A DNA stretch of 64,000 nt from positions 2,110,001-2,174,000 of the forward strand of contig CM052818.1 in the NCBI GenBank assembly GCA_028534125.1, in the 5' to 3' direction. Each line of letters begins with the position of its first letter. The first letter of the stretch is position 1. Source of the DNA: Lama glama (lineage: Eukaryota). The notes under the pieces are model-generated. The model saw nothing but the letters and a program-made list of their open reading frames with translations. It was not told the DNA's origin and searched no databases. The position numbers and the translations under genes are program-made. Below, in pieces: positions 13,465 through 24,300 of the stretch.

Positions 13465-13630
13465 TAAGTGAGCCTCACAGCTGGGTACTAGCTCAGCCTT
13501 CAGCACTCTCTCACTCACTACAGTCTGTTTCTTCCACTGCAAATTGTAAGGATCACCCCTACCCCTGCCCCTGCCCCTGACAGAGATGCAGTGAGCATCA
13601 CATGGGATGTAAAGGCCGCTATGAATGTAA
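13465..13630 (+). mobile_element. MIR SINE relic
   Basis: CAGTCTGTTTCTTCCACTGCAAATTGTAAGGATCACCCCTACC...GTGAGCATCACATGGGATGTAAAG resembles the MIR core and 3' part. Confidence 0.5.
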
Positions 13631-16600
13631 AAGATTTTATCCTCTATCTCACACCTACCTACCTGCAGGACAGGGAGCCCCCCACCTCTCAGGAGGATGC
13701 TGAGTGTGTTGAGTTGTTGTCTTCACTGAGCAGCTCACCAGAAGTGCCCTGGAAACCCAGGAAAGGAGGCTGATGCCTCTAAAGGCTTCAGTTGGAAACT
13801 GGCTCCATCAGATCAAGACCATGACTAGACAGAAGATAGACCCAGGAGACTCAGAAGGTGATGCTCTCTGCCTTTGGAGACTTCCCTGAGCAACTCCCCC
13901 CAGCCCTGTCCAAACACCTCCCTGGCCTTGACCTGCTCTGCCCGTGCTCAGTGGCATCTGGATGTTTGCCAATGTCTGGGGCCCTCTCACCCACTCTGAC
14001 GGTCACACGTCTGAGAAGCTGAGTGGATTCTGCTTGTGAGCAATGGCTGTGCCCTGAGCTGCCCCAGGCAGGCTGAGGGACATCTCCCCCAACCCAGGAG
14101 GCCAACCTCTGAGACTGTGGTGGCCTCACTGTCCCCTGGAGGAGCCCTCTGGGAGAGAGGGCATTTGGGGCAGCCCGGGGGACTGGGATGAGAAGCAGGA
14201 GGCAAAGGCAGGCAGCTGCTTCAGACCCGTGGCAGGAAGTCACAACCAAGATTCATCCTGGAAAAATGCAACTAATGCTACCCAGCTGGGGCCCACTAAT
14301 CAGAAACACAGGCCCAGAGGTGGCAGCAGGGACAGGCCCAGAGGGCAGGGCTGACAGCGAGGTGATAATTGGCAGCAAGCTCTAGGTCCGTCTCCCCACC
14401 CTCTCCGGCTGCCGTTTGGAGACAGAGGTTGTCACACTGCAATCTGGAAGGGGCAGCTTCTCCACCCCTGTACTGTCTGCCTGGAGGGTGGGTGCATTGC
14501 CCATCCAGAATCATCCATAACCCTAACAGCAGCTTAAACAATAGCTGAAGCTTTGGGCCACTCTCCAGAGGATGGAATCAGGGCACAGAGACGTTTACCT
14601 CTTCCCTTCCCGGTGACAGCGCCCCCACCTCCAACCCCTGAGGCGTGTTCCCCTTGCCCCAGCACAGTCTGACATCAGGAGAGGTTCAGGATGAGCCTCT
14701 GAGCCCTCGGTGGGCCCCTCCCCATGGGGGGTACAGGCTCTGTCCCCTAGGGAAAGGGAGAGGATTCTGGGGCTGAGGTCACAGAGAGAAAAGTGAAGGT
14801 TGGGCTGAGTCGGACGCCCTCCCGCCCAGGCCGCAAACTTGCTGCTTCTTTGAGTTCATAAAGCATTTATTACCCTCCTGCTGTTAGCTGCATGCCAGGT
14901 ACAGGACTACAAGGTAAATGTTTGCATTCTCTGTCCTCAGGAGGCTGACAGTCTAGTTGGAGAGAAAAATAAGGACAGAGGAGCTTTCACTAGAGGTAAG
15001 TACAGTGACAGGAGAGACTCTGGGAGCTGGGAGAGGGGCACCCACCCAGGAGTGGGAGATAGAGGCGGCCGGCTGGGGTCCTCCAGGACCCAGGGTGCTC
15101 TCCTGGGTCTCCTTTCTCCTCTCCTTTCCCCTTTCCCAAGCTTTCCTTCCACCTTCAGCCATGCCTGCCTCTGGGCCACAGCCTGGGGATAGAGGATGGA
15201 GGGTCCTCTGCAGGGAGGAAGAAGCCAGGCCCTGCAGACCCTCAGCCCAGAGGCTGTCCTCTCTGAAGGAATCCTGCAGCCCCTCCTCTGTCCCAGGCCC
15301 TGCCGAGCTCCACGGGTAACCACAGCATCCAGCGGAGAAGAGAGATTGGAAAGGCCTCCTGGTCCGACGGCACCCGTGCCAGGAGCCCCTCCATGCATTT
15401 TCAGCTTCTGCTGGAGCCCTTCCAGGGCTGCACACCCTGACCTCCGAAGGAAGCCAGGAGCGCTTTTGGCAGCTCTGAACGCGCCAAAGAGCTTCCCTGC
15501 CCTGCAGGGGCCGGAAGCCGCCTCCCTGAATCCTCCAGCCTCGGGTTCCAGTTCTAGGCTCTGGGGCCTCATAGAAAAAATCTTGAAGAACGCAGCTGAT
15601 GTGGCTTCAGCTACCTGGGTACCAGGCTGCCTGCAGACCTTTCCTAGGAATTCTGGCCCCTCCAAGCCCTGCTGCCTCAGGGACCTCCCTCTCGCCCGCC
15701 CCACCTCCCCCTCACTGCCACCCCTGATCCCAGGGCTCCTCACCGCTCTTCACCTAACACTTCACACCTCCCTCACTGCGGCCCGGCCTGGACAAGTCCT
15801 CCACTGCAGCCCCAGTTCACGGTGCCCAGGTGTCAGCCTAGGTGACAGCACATCTCCAAGACCAGTCAACTTGTCTCAGGTTGTCACTGGCTGGAATTCA
15901 CTAGTGGCTTCTCCAGAGAAAGGAGGGACCCTTTCTTTCACTACCCAAACTGTGAAGCTGAGGTACCTCGGAGAGCAGAGGTCCTCTGGGCCTCCGGAGC
16001 ACACTGGTGATGTGCACAGGCCCCCAGTCTGCCCCTCATCCTCTCCCAAGCCCGACTCCCCGTCCCTGGGGCCCGTGCTGCGCTTGCAGGGCTGACGGTG
16101 AAGTGTGAGACCTGACATCTGGCCGCACCTCCCAGGTCACAGGCGACAGGGGGTGGGGTGAGGCAGCGGGTCTGCGGGGGAGGTCTGAGAGGTGGCAGTG
16201 GAGGGGATGGGAAGGATGGAGGGGCATCTGGAGGGTGGGCAGCGGGGAAGAGGGGTGGAGCCTGGCCTCGGGAGCTCACATGGAAGAAGCAGGGGTCAGA
16301 GGGTCAGGAGCAGGAAAGGAGATGAGGAACCAAGAGGCAACAGCGGGAGCTGGGAGCTGCCCTGGCGGAGGTTTCCTTTGCCTGAGCGTCTGCCATGGAA
16401 TTTCCCGGCCTAATAAAGAAGAATTTAAATAGACCACAAGTTGTTTAATGTTGACTGTGTAAATAATCCAAATCCCCAGCTCCCTTTGTTCCACAAGCTA
16501 TTTGTGTCAAGAAAGAGAGGGCGGGGGATCCGATAGAAGCCACCGTCCCAGATCAGGGATTGGAGACTCTGTGTTCTCCTCCACCAGGGCCCCAGGGAGC

Positions 16601-16661
16601 AGGGGCTGAGGCCTTGGAGGGGGAGATTCGGGTTTCCCAGCCAAGCCTTCCGTCTATGAGC

Positions 16662-16795
16662 GTGCACACACAGGCACGTAATCCTCACACAGACTCACGT
16701 GCACACATGTACACGCGCACGTGCACACACGCAGCGCCTCATGCCCACGCTCACTCACAGGCACGTGTGCGCACAGATGCCCGCCGGCCACTGGC
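16662..16795. repeat. Degenerate (CA/CG/TG) purine-pyrimidine tract
   Basis: GTGCACACACAGGCACGT...CACGTGCACACATGTACACGCGCACGTGCACACACGC. Confidence 0.7.
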
Positions 16796-17918
16796 TGACC
16801 CGACTGCACACCCAGACACACAGCACAGAGAGGCTCAGTCAAGGTGCTGGGCACAGGTCCTGTCACCGGGCAGGTCCCAGCCCCTCCCCTGCCACCCCCG
16901 CTGCTCAGCCACCCTGGGGCACCTGGTTTGGGAAGAGGGGACCTTTGGAATCCTGCTGGGTGTGTGGCAGAGTGGCTTTGCTCAGTCACAATGAGTCACT
17001 TCCAAAGAGGATTCCTGTGGAGTAACAGCACGAAAACCAAGGTCAGAACCTCCAAACCCCACTGTTGGCCAAGGCCCAAGGTCTCCATCCCTTCCTCCCT
17101 CACGTGACCAGTCCTGCCACGTCGACCTCTGCTGAGGCTTCAGAGGAGGGGAGGAGGCACAGCTGTCCCATAAGGTTGGGACCAAGGCCAGCGTGGAAGT
17201 TTCTAGTCCCTTTGTGACAGGCATGGAAGTGCGGGGCAATTGCGACAGAGAACTGGTACCACCCAATCTGTGGTACCCAATCAAGAGAAGGAAGGGGAGA
17301 GAGTGAGGGGAGGGGAGGGTGGGAGGTGGGGAGAAGAAGGGTGCCGCAGGGCTGACCTGTAGCTGTTTCTGCCTGGCATCCATTCTGACTGCTCCATCCC
17401 TGTGTAGACCGAAGTTAAACATTTTTTATTTTAAATGTGCTTCTGAGACACTCCCGCACACATCCCTTGAAGCAGTGAGGTCTTGAGGGATGGGGGTGCT
17501 GGCCTCACACATATTGCCAGGTTAGAAATTCCTGTTCTAGTCCTGATTTTACCTGGTCCCTGGGCCCCAGAACCTTCCTAGCCACGTCAACCATGCTCCA
17601 GGCGCGCAGCTCAGACTAGAGCAGCAATCGTCGCCTCTGTGCCCAATTCCAAACCCGGCAAGGCCCAACAGATGCCCCAGGAAATCTGTGGCGGGGCTGG
17701 CTGAAGACCGAGCCCCATCTATGGGAACTCTGTGCGGGTGAGATCACAGCCACAGTTGAATTCTACGATAAGAATTAGAGAAAAATCAGCAAGGGAGGAG
17801 TGACCTCCCCAGATAACCCAGGATTTATCACCCGCTGGGAATAAAGAATGAAAGAGTCTCAAAAACTAAGGTTTTGAGATAGAGGCAGAAAAGCCCTGTG
17901 GGCTAGATCTTTGAGGCT

Positions 17919-17990
17919 GTTCATTCACTAATTCAACCATCCATTCAGCAAATATTGATGGAGTACCTACCACATGGAAGCCCGGTGTTG
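17919..17990 (-). mobile_element. L2 3' end
   Basis: TTCATTCACTAATTCAACCATCCATTCAGCAAATATTGATGGAGTACCTAC. Confidence 0.65.
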
Positions 17991-18446
17991 GACACGGTCT
18001 TCACAGAAGTGTGAGTGTGAGGGTGTGTGTATACATGTGTGTGAGCGCATCTGGCTTCAGGAACTACTCCCCCACCCGCCACACACAAACCCAGACAAGA
18101 GCAGGATCCCAAGGCCACCCTCGGTCCCAGCCTCAATCCCAACGCCACTTTCTGGGGCAATAGGTCCCGTAAGTCCTTCCCCTGAAGTATTGGCTCCTGG
18201 ATCTAATGGGCACAGAGAAGTCGAGGTGGGAGGGGTCCCTACATCTTTGCAGCCCCTGAACAACCTTTCTCAGGTCCATTAAGCCCAAGAAACACTTTGC
18301 ATAATACCTGCTTCCTTATTTCCATCAAGCCCCCAGCCCAGTGCTTCCTCTCAGGCAGGGGATCCGGAAATGGAAAGGCAGGTGTGACTCACAGCCTCTG
18401 CTCCCGGCTGGCTGGGGGCTCGAGGCTTGGGACTGCCAGCAGATGG

Positions 18447-18479
18447 TGTCCATCTCCCAGGCTGCCTGGGAGATGGACA
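18447..18479. repeat. Perfect inverted repeat, 16-bp arms with 1-nt spacer
   Basis: TGTCCATCTCCCAGGC-T-GCCTGGGAGATGGACA. ORFs on both strands read SISQAAWEMD here, which confirms the symmetry. Confidence 0.97.
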
Positions 18480-20571
18480 GGAAGGGAAGTGGGGCTGTCC
18501 ACACGCCCAGAATCTCTGGGCTGTCACCGGGTCCCCTTGATCCTCCTTCCAAGAAGGAAGGGGAGAAAAACATGTCTTTCCGGCCCTAATTTTCTCCACA
18601 TGGGAGGGCACCACAGAGAGCCAGGGCCCCACTGCAAGCACACGGGCCAGCGGGGGCCCTGCCATCACTCTGTCCATGGACCCCTCCCCTAGACCTGCAG
18701 GTATGTGATTATAGAAGCTTCTGCCTCCCCGCCTTCCTACTCTCGGCCCTCACTCTGCCTGGTATCGCCCTGCAGACTTCTGCCAAAGGGAAACTGAGGC
18801 AGTGCCAGGTGACAGACACCTGGAGGGGAGGAGCCAGGCAAGCAGTGGTTGCCCTGAGCTGAGGCAGCCCCTTGAACTTGGAGTCCTCCCAAGGGCATCA
18901 CAGTCAAAAAGGCCTAGGAAAGTTCCCCAGGGAAGCATGGGACCCTTACAGATCTATGTTGTGCCTCAAGAGGGGCTTGCCGGCATCCTTGGGCACTCAG
19001 CACAGGACCCCAGGTGGCCGTCTTCCCAGCAGTGGATACCCCTGGAGCTAGTTCCCCAAGGGAGCTCGGGTCAAGTGCAAACAAGAGCAGGGGAGTGGAA
19101 GATCCCCCAGGATGGAGCCTGGATGGTCAGTGGGGGGTTAGAGGGTCCTCTGGAGGAAAGCCTGTGCAGGGGACCCTCCCCTAAACCAGCTCCATATACT
19201 TCCCAGCCGGGTTCCCACGAAAGGCCAGTTTGCACGATCCGGGCCACAGCTCTTTCTCGCTGCAGCCAAATAGACCATGTGCTGTCTCCAGCCTTGCTCT
19301 TGCTGTTCATCCAGGCCACATGGACTCCACCCCCAGCCCCCCACCGTGGCCGGGTGTTAGTGACCTCCACATCCAACCCCTGGTGTCTGAGGACACAGAG
19401 CCAGCGTGACAAGCACGGGTGACAGCAGGTATGGGCTGGACCCGCAGCTGGAGCTCCTGGCAGCCCCAGAGTGGGAAAGAACTCACATCCCAGCCCCTCA
19501 CTCACTTGGAGCCTGCCATGAATGCCAGGCTGGCCTGCCCTCTCCTGCCACCGCGGCCACATAGCCCGGACCTCGAGAGCAGGGAGGAACTGCCAGGAGC
19601 TGGGAGGCTGGAAGGCCTTGGCCCTGCTTTGATCTTGGGCATCAAAGGCCAGGAAATGCAATCAGCTCTTAGGAGAACTTGCTGTCTGGCTGTCCTCAGC
19701 GGGCACAGGCCCAGACCCCTCCACACTGTCCTGGGGCCAGCCTGGGCCCTTGAGGGCTGGCCAAGCCCCCCTTGGGCTGGGGGCTGGAAAGGCCACCCTC
19801 AGCCCCAGCCAATTCATGACAATTCTGAATATGAGCTAATTCTGCCGACATAGCATCTTCCTTTCCACCCCGCGGCCTGTTTCTGTCTGTATCTCCCTCC
19901 ACCCCTCACCCCCACTCTGGCTGCCCCCCTGACTTTTATTGTCCCAGACATTTGCGTGAAAACAGGAACTTTGTGCTCTGGGCTCCATCTGCTCCTGCTT
20001 ATTTCTCACTTGGAACTGGAATCCTTGGTCACACGTGCCCCCTCCCTCCCCGCCCCCTTTACCCAGGCTGTTCCCAGAGTCGGGAATTTGTGGGGTGTAT
20101 CCCGAGAGAGGGGCCCGCTATTCGGACCCTTGCTGGACCACGCCGTGGTCATGGACACAGGGGGACTGGAAGCTGAGACCCAGGATTCTGGAGGATGCTG
20201 GCGCCTCGAGACTGACAGCCCGCCCAGACGCCCTGTGCACCTTCCCACCCCAGAGGCACAGCAGAAGCCCCCCACAACCCCGGGAAGGCACGGAAGGCCT
20301 TCTAGACACCAACAGCATCCTGTGTGAAGAGGCTGGAGGGTACAAGTCCCAGGCTCTCCCTCCCCGAGAGGCCCTCAAGCCCAGTATCCCGGAGTCACAA
20401 GCTGGAGTAAACGCCATCTTGTGTTGCTTATAGGAATTAAAACAGACAGTACAAAGGAAATGGGGCTGTTAAATAAATGAAGAAATAAACAAGCCTCTCC
20501 GGGGGCCCTTTTTGTGTTTATTACAGAACTTTTACAAATATGGCCTCGGCTGCCTCAGGTAAGTGCCACTG

Positions 20572-20660
20572 GTATCCCCTTTATACAAGTGAGAAACTGA
20601 GGCACAGACCAGTTAAGGAACTTGTCCCAGGTCACACACCTGGTTAGAGTGACAGAGCAT
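20572..20660 (-). mobile_element. MIR SINE
   Basis: TATCCCCTTTATACAAGTGAGAAACTGAGGCACAGACCAGTTAAGGAACTTGTCCCAGGTCACAC is the MIR core. Confidence 0.8.
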
Positions 20661-20789
20661 GGTCCCCTCCGTGCTCGCAAACAGTCAGTGCCCATTCATC
20701 CTTCTGAATCTCTGCTCTAGAAGTCCCCTCACTTGTTCCTTCTCATCCTTCAAAGCCCATTTCCACCTTCCTCTTGAAGCCTCCGTGCT

Positions 20790-20835
20790 CTTATCCCCAT
20801 TTTAAAGATGAAGAAACTGAGACCCAGAAGTCACT
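20790..20835 (-). mobile_element. MIR core fragment
   Basis: TTATCCCCATTTTAAAGATGAAGAAACTGAGACCCAGA. Confidence 0.7.
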
Positions 20836-21299
20836 GTATGTATGGTGAAATCTTACAGCGACCAGAGTGCTGTCTAAAACTGAACTCTCTGCCCCCCTTA
20901 AAGTTAAAAACCTCTTTTTGATGGAGATTTTTCACTCCAAGGTGATATCCTCAGATGCCGAGTAAGCGGGTCAGGAGCCAGAGTGGCCTATCAGCACGCA
21001 GGCCAGGCAGCCAGGCCCTGCAGGTCAGGGTTAGCATCAGTGGGCTGCAACTCTTCCCTCTGAAGACCACTCCACCCCAGCGAGTGGCCAGTCTGGCCAC
21101 CTCCCCAAGGTCCCTACCCCTCAGTTTCTGGCAGCTTCTGCACCCAGGCAGCACTTCAGCTGTGCTCAACCCCACTTCAAGTCAACAAACCAGAACTTGG
21201 GGACTGTCTGCACTGTCATCCTGGGGGGATGCGCACAACCAAATGGACATGGCGGGAGCCGACAGAATCCCAGACTGGGAGGAAGACAGCTGAGAGGCT

Positions 21300-21372
21300 C
21301 CATCTGCCTCTGTGTGTGTTGGGGCAAGTCATTTGGCTCCTCTGGGCCTCAATTTTCCATTCTGTAAAATCC
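21300..21372 (+). mobile_element. MIR core fragment
   Basis: GGGCAAGTCATTTGGCTCCTCTGGGCCTCAATTTTCCATTCTGTAAAAT. Confidence 0.7.
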
Positions 21373-23859
21373 AAAGTGCGGCTCACCAACCCCTAAATAC
21401 GCTTCCAGCCCAGACTGGATGAAAAGAGAGAACAATTGCAAATAGACCAACAGACTTGGACCAGAACAAGGGCACACACAAAGGCTAAGAATGTGTGTTC
21501 ACCACGGAGGTGGAGCAGTTACCGAAATACCGAGACGCAGCTCTGGAGGGCTTCCTGGGGGAGGTGAGCTCCGCACCCAGATCACTGAGGAACTGATAGG
21601 AACCAACTCCGCGATGTGTCGCTGGCAGGGACCCCACTGAGCAGAGCCTGGGGGGCAGGCAAGGGCCGGGTGTGCTACAACAGAGGCAGGGAGGGGGCCG
21701 CCAGCCCCACAGGAAGCCCCGGCTTGTTGTTGGGTAACTTCTCCTCCTGTTTTCTGGGAACAAGCTATTTGGAAAAGAGGGGGAGGGAGACCTTAAAGGC
21801 TTCCAGATGGGGGGCCCATCTGCCCAGGCCTGCTGCCGCGCCGCCACGAAGTCTGTGCAGCGCTTTCTAAGAATCCCAGCAAATGTTAGCCCGGCAGGCT
21901 CTGGGGAGGCCCTCCGAGGCACTTCCCTGCCTCCGGCTCCCACTCTGCTGGAGCTAATAGGGGCCATGTCTCATCCATCGCTGTTATTCTTGCTTATTAA
22001 AAGGCTACAGACACAGAGAGTTTGGGTTCATCTTTGTCGCCCTCTTCCTTCCCCTGAGAAGGTCTTCCTTCCAGGGTCTCCACATCCCCGCGTGCCCTCT
22101 GTCCATGTCATCTGGACCAGTCTGCCCTGAAGGCAGGCATCAGAGGGAAGGACCTGCCTCTCCCCAAAGCGGGGGGTCCATGGGAAGATCAAGAGAGAGG
22201 AGAAAACAGAACAACACGGGGACCTCTGAGGAGGGGAGGGACAGAGGCTAGGAAGGAGGGCAGAAAGGAGGGGTGGCCTCCAGGTCCTCTCCCAGCACAC
22301 AGTAAGGGTGGTGGGGTTGGCAGGGTCGGGGGGGTCCAACTCTTCTGTTGTTCCATAGGGTTATTTCTCAGGGAAGCCAGGTGGTGCCCACCCCATGCTC
22401 AGGGACCATTCCCCTTCCTAACTCTCTCCCCTCTAACCACCCTGGCTCAATCCTTGCTCCCAGCCTATCCCCACCATCAGCCACTCCTTGAGCTGGGGTG
22501 TTGAGGACACGCAGCCACACCCTGGGCAGATGGCCTCATCTGGGCTTCCCAGTGCAGAGCCCTGCAGAGATCGGAGAAAGCTCGGTGCGAGACGCTGGTG
22601 ACGGGGCTCAGCCCTGCAGGGTCCCTACCCCTTTCTATCCTGCTTGGGATTTGTCCACCAGCCTTCAGGTGGTGGGGGAAAGAGTGGAGGGGAGTGGAGA
22701 GGGGAATCAGGAAAGGAGACTTTGAGAAGAGGGCTTCACACCTGGGACCAAGCATGGATGACTCTCTAGGTCCCACTCTGGGGGCGGGAGTGAGCGAGCC
22801 ACCAGGCCTGGCTGTGGCAATGGGCTGGCCTGGCTCAAAGCAGAATTCACCCCAATCCTGTCAGGACTCTGGGTCTCAGAAGCAGCAGCAGGTTTCCCCC
22901 AGAGCCTGCCTCTCCCCAGACTGCTGCCATACAGGCCTCTGATGAGAAGGCATTTTTTATGAGTCAATCAGAAACACATGAAGCACACACCACAGGGGTG
23001 AGGGACAGAGGAGCGGGGACAGGGGAGGGGCAGACATGCAGAGGCAGAGGCCACCCCCCCACCCCCAGGCAGACAGCTCCCTGACCTAGTCTCCAGCTGG
23101 GGGCACGGTGTCCCATCCACGGGGCTTCGACTTGGAAGACCGAACCAGGTCTGGAGTCGAGGGAGGCAAACTTACTGGCTCTGCCATGGCCTTACCTCTC
23201 CCTGAGAGCCCAGAAAGCTCAGAGCCTTCCTGAGCAGAAGGGAGCAGGAGGGAGGGGCTCAGTGCATACTCACTCTGGGAGAGGGCCCAGTCAAAGTTGC
23301 CCAGGGAAGCCATCTTTGAACCAATGAGTGATGCTCTCAGACACACTGAGGGTTGCATGTGTGTTGAGGTGTAGGGCAAGGGGGCTTATGAACAGCAGAA
23401 GAATCTGGCTGCACCACAAGCTTCCAGCAAGCCTTGGCCTTTTCCAACAGATTATTCATGTCCAGACCAGGGCCTGGTCTTGACTGACATCACCTTGAGG
23501 CAGAAGGAGCCAGACCTCTGTGGGACCTCCCTGAGGGGCTCCTCAGGCCTCCTGGTGCCAGTCCTTCCCCAGGGCTCTCCCACCGTCCCCTTGGCTTGCA
23601 GGGCCCTTGGCTTCTCAGCCTAGGGAAGGGCCATCTGCTCACTCTCCCTCTCCCCACGTCTGATTCCTTGGCCTCTTCTAACTAAATCCTTCCTGCATCC
23701 AGCCCCGACTCTGCCCCCCGCCACCGGCTTTCCACAGTGCCACAGGCAAGTCTCCATCCCTCCCTGACCTCAGTTTCCCCTTCTCCAACAAGAGTTGGGG
23801 CAACAGAAACTCCCAGACCCGGCCGGCTCCTGATGAGTCCCTGAGTTCCCATGCAGGCA

Positions 23860-24300
23860 ATTTGAGGGACAAATGTATGCAGATAAATATGCAAATAGGC
23901 ATCTCCAGGATTTATGGGTGGCCTCAGTTCCGAGGGAGGAGGTGGGACGGTGGAGGGGGCATTTCAATGAGGCGGCCTCAGCCTGGCTGGCCCACTAAAT
24001 CCTGGCTGGTGTCAGCGCCGTAAAGCACCGTGATGAAGGGCAGGCGGCCCGCGGAGGCGACGCTGATTTACAGCCTCCGGAGTCTCCTCCCCGCGGCCGC
24101 GCAGGCAAGCGCCGCGGGACAGGGACGAGGAAGGATTTATGCCGCCTGCCTCCCCACCCCGGCGGCGGGCCGTCGGGAGAGCGGCGGAAGGTGACTTTCA
24201 CCTTCAGACGCAGCCCGACATGAGCCGAGCGGCCTGGGCTTCTCCCCCGATGGACGGGAGAGGGGAGGGCGGAGGGGGCCTTTCCCGCCTGACCCCTGCC
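23860..24300. promoter_or_regulatory. Small orphan CpG-rich element with HOX/PBX/MEIS/Oct motifs
   Basis: Visibly CpG-dense at about 24010-24290. Motifs: ATGCAAAT 23889-23896, TTTATGG 23911-23917, TGTCA 24010-24014, CCGTAAA 24018-24024, TGATTTAC 24064-24071, GATTTATG 24134-24141. Confidence 0.55.

Noticed and set aside
14937..16095. Long overlapping ORFs (268 aa minus, 299 aa plus)
   Set aside because: Pro/Gly/Ser/Arg-rich with no recognisable domain, and open on both strands as expected in stop-poor GC-rich DNA.
21495..21572. Exon-like stretch FTTEVEQLPKYRDAALEGFLGE ending in GTGAG
   Set aside because: GGAGGGCTTCCTGGGGGAGGTGAG matches a common L2 motif, and there is no good splice acceptor.
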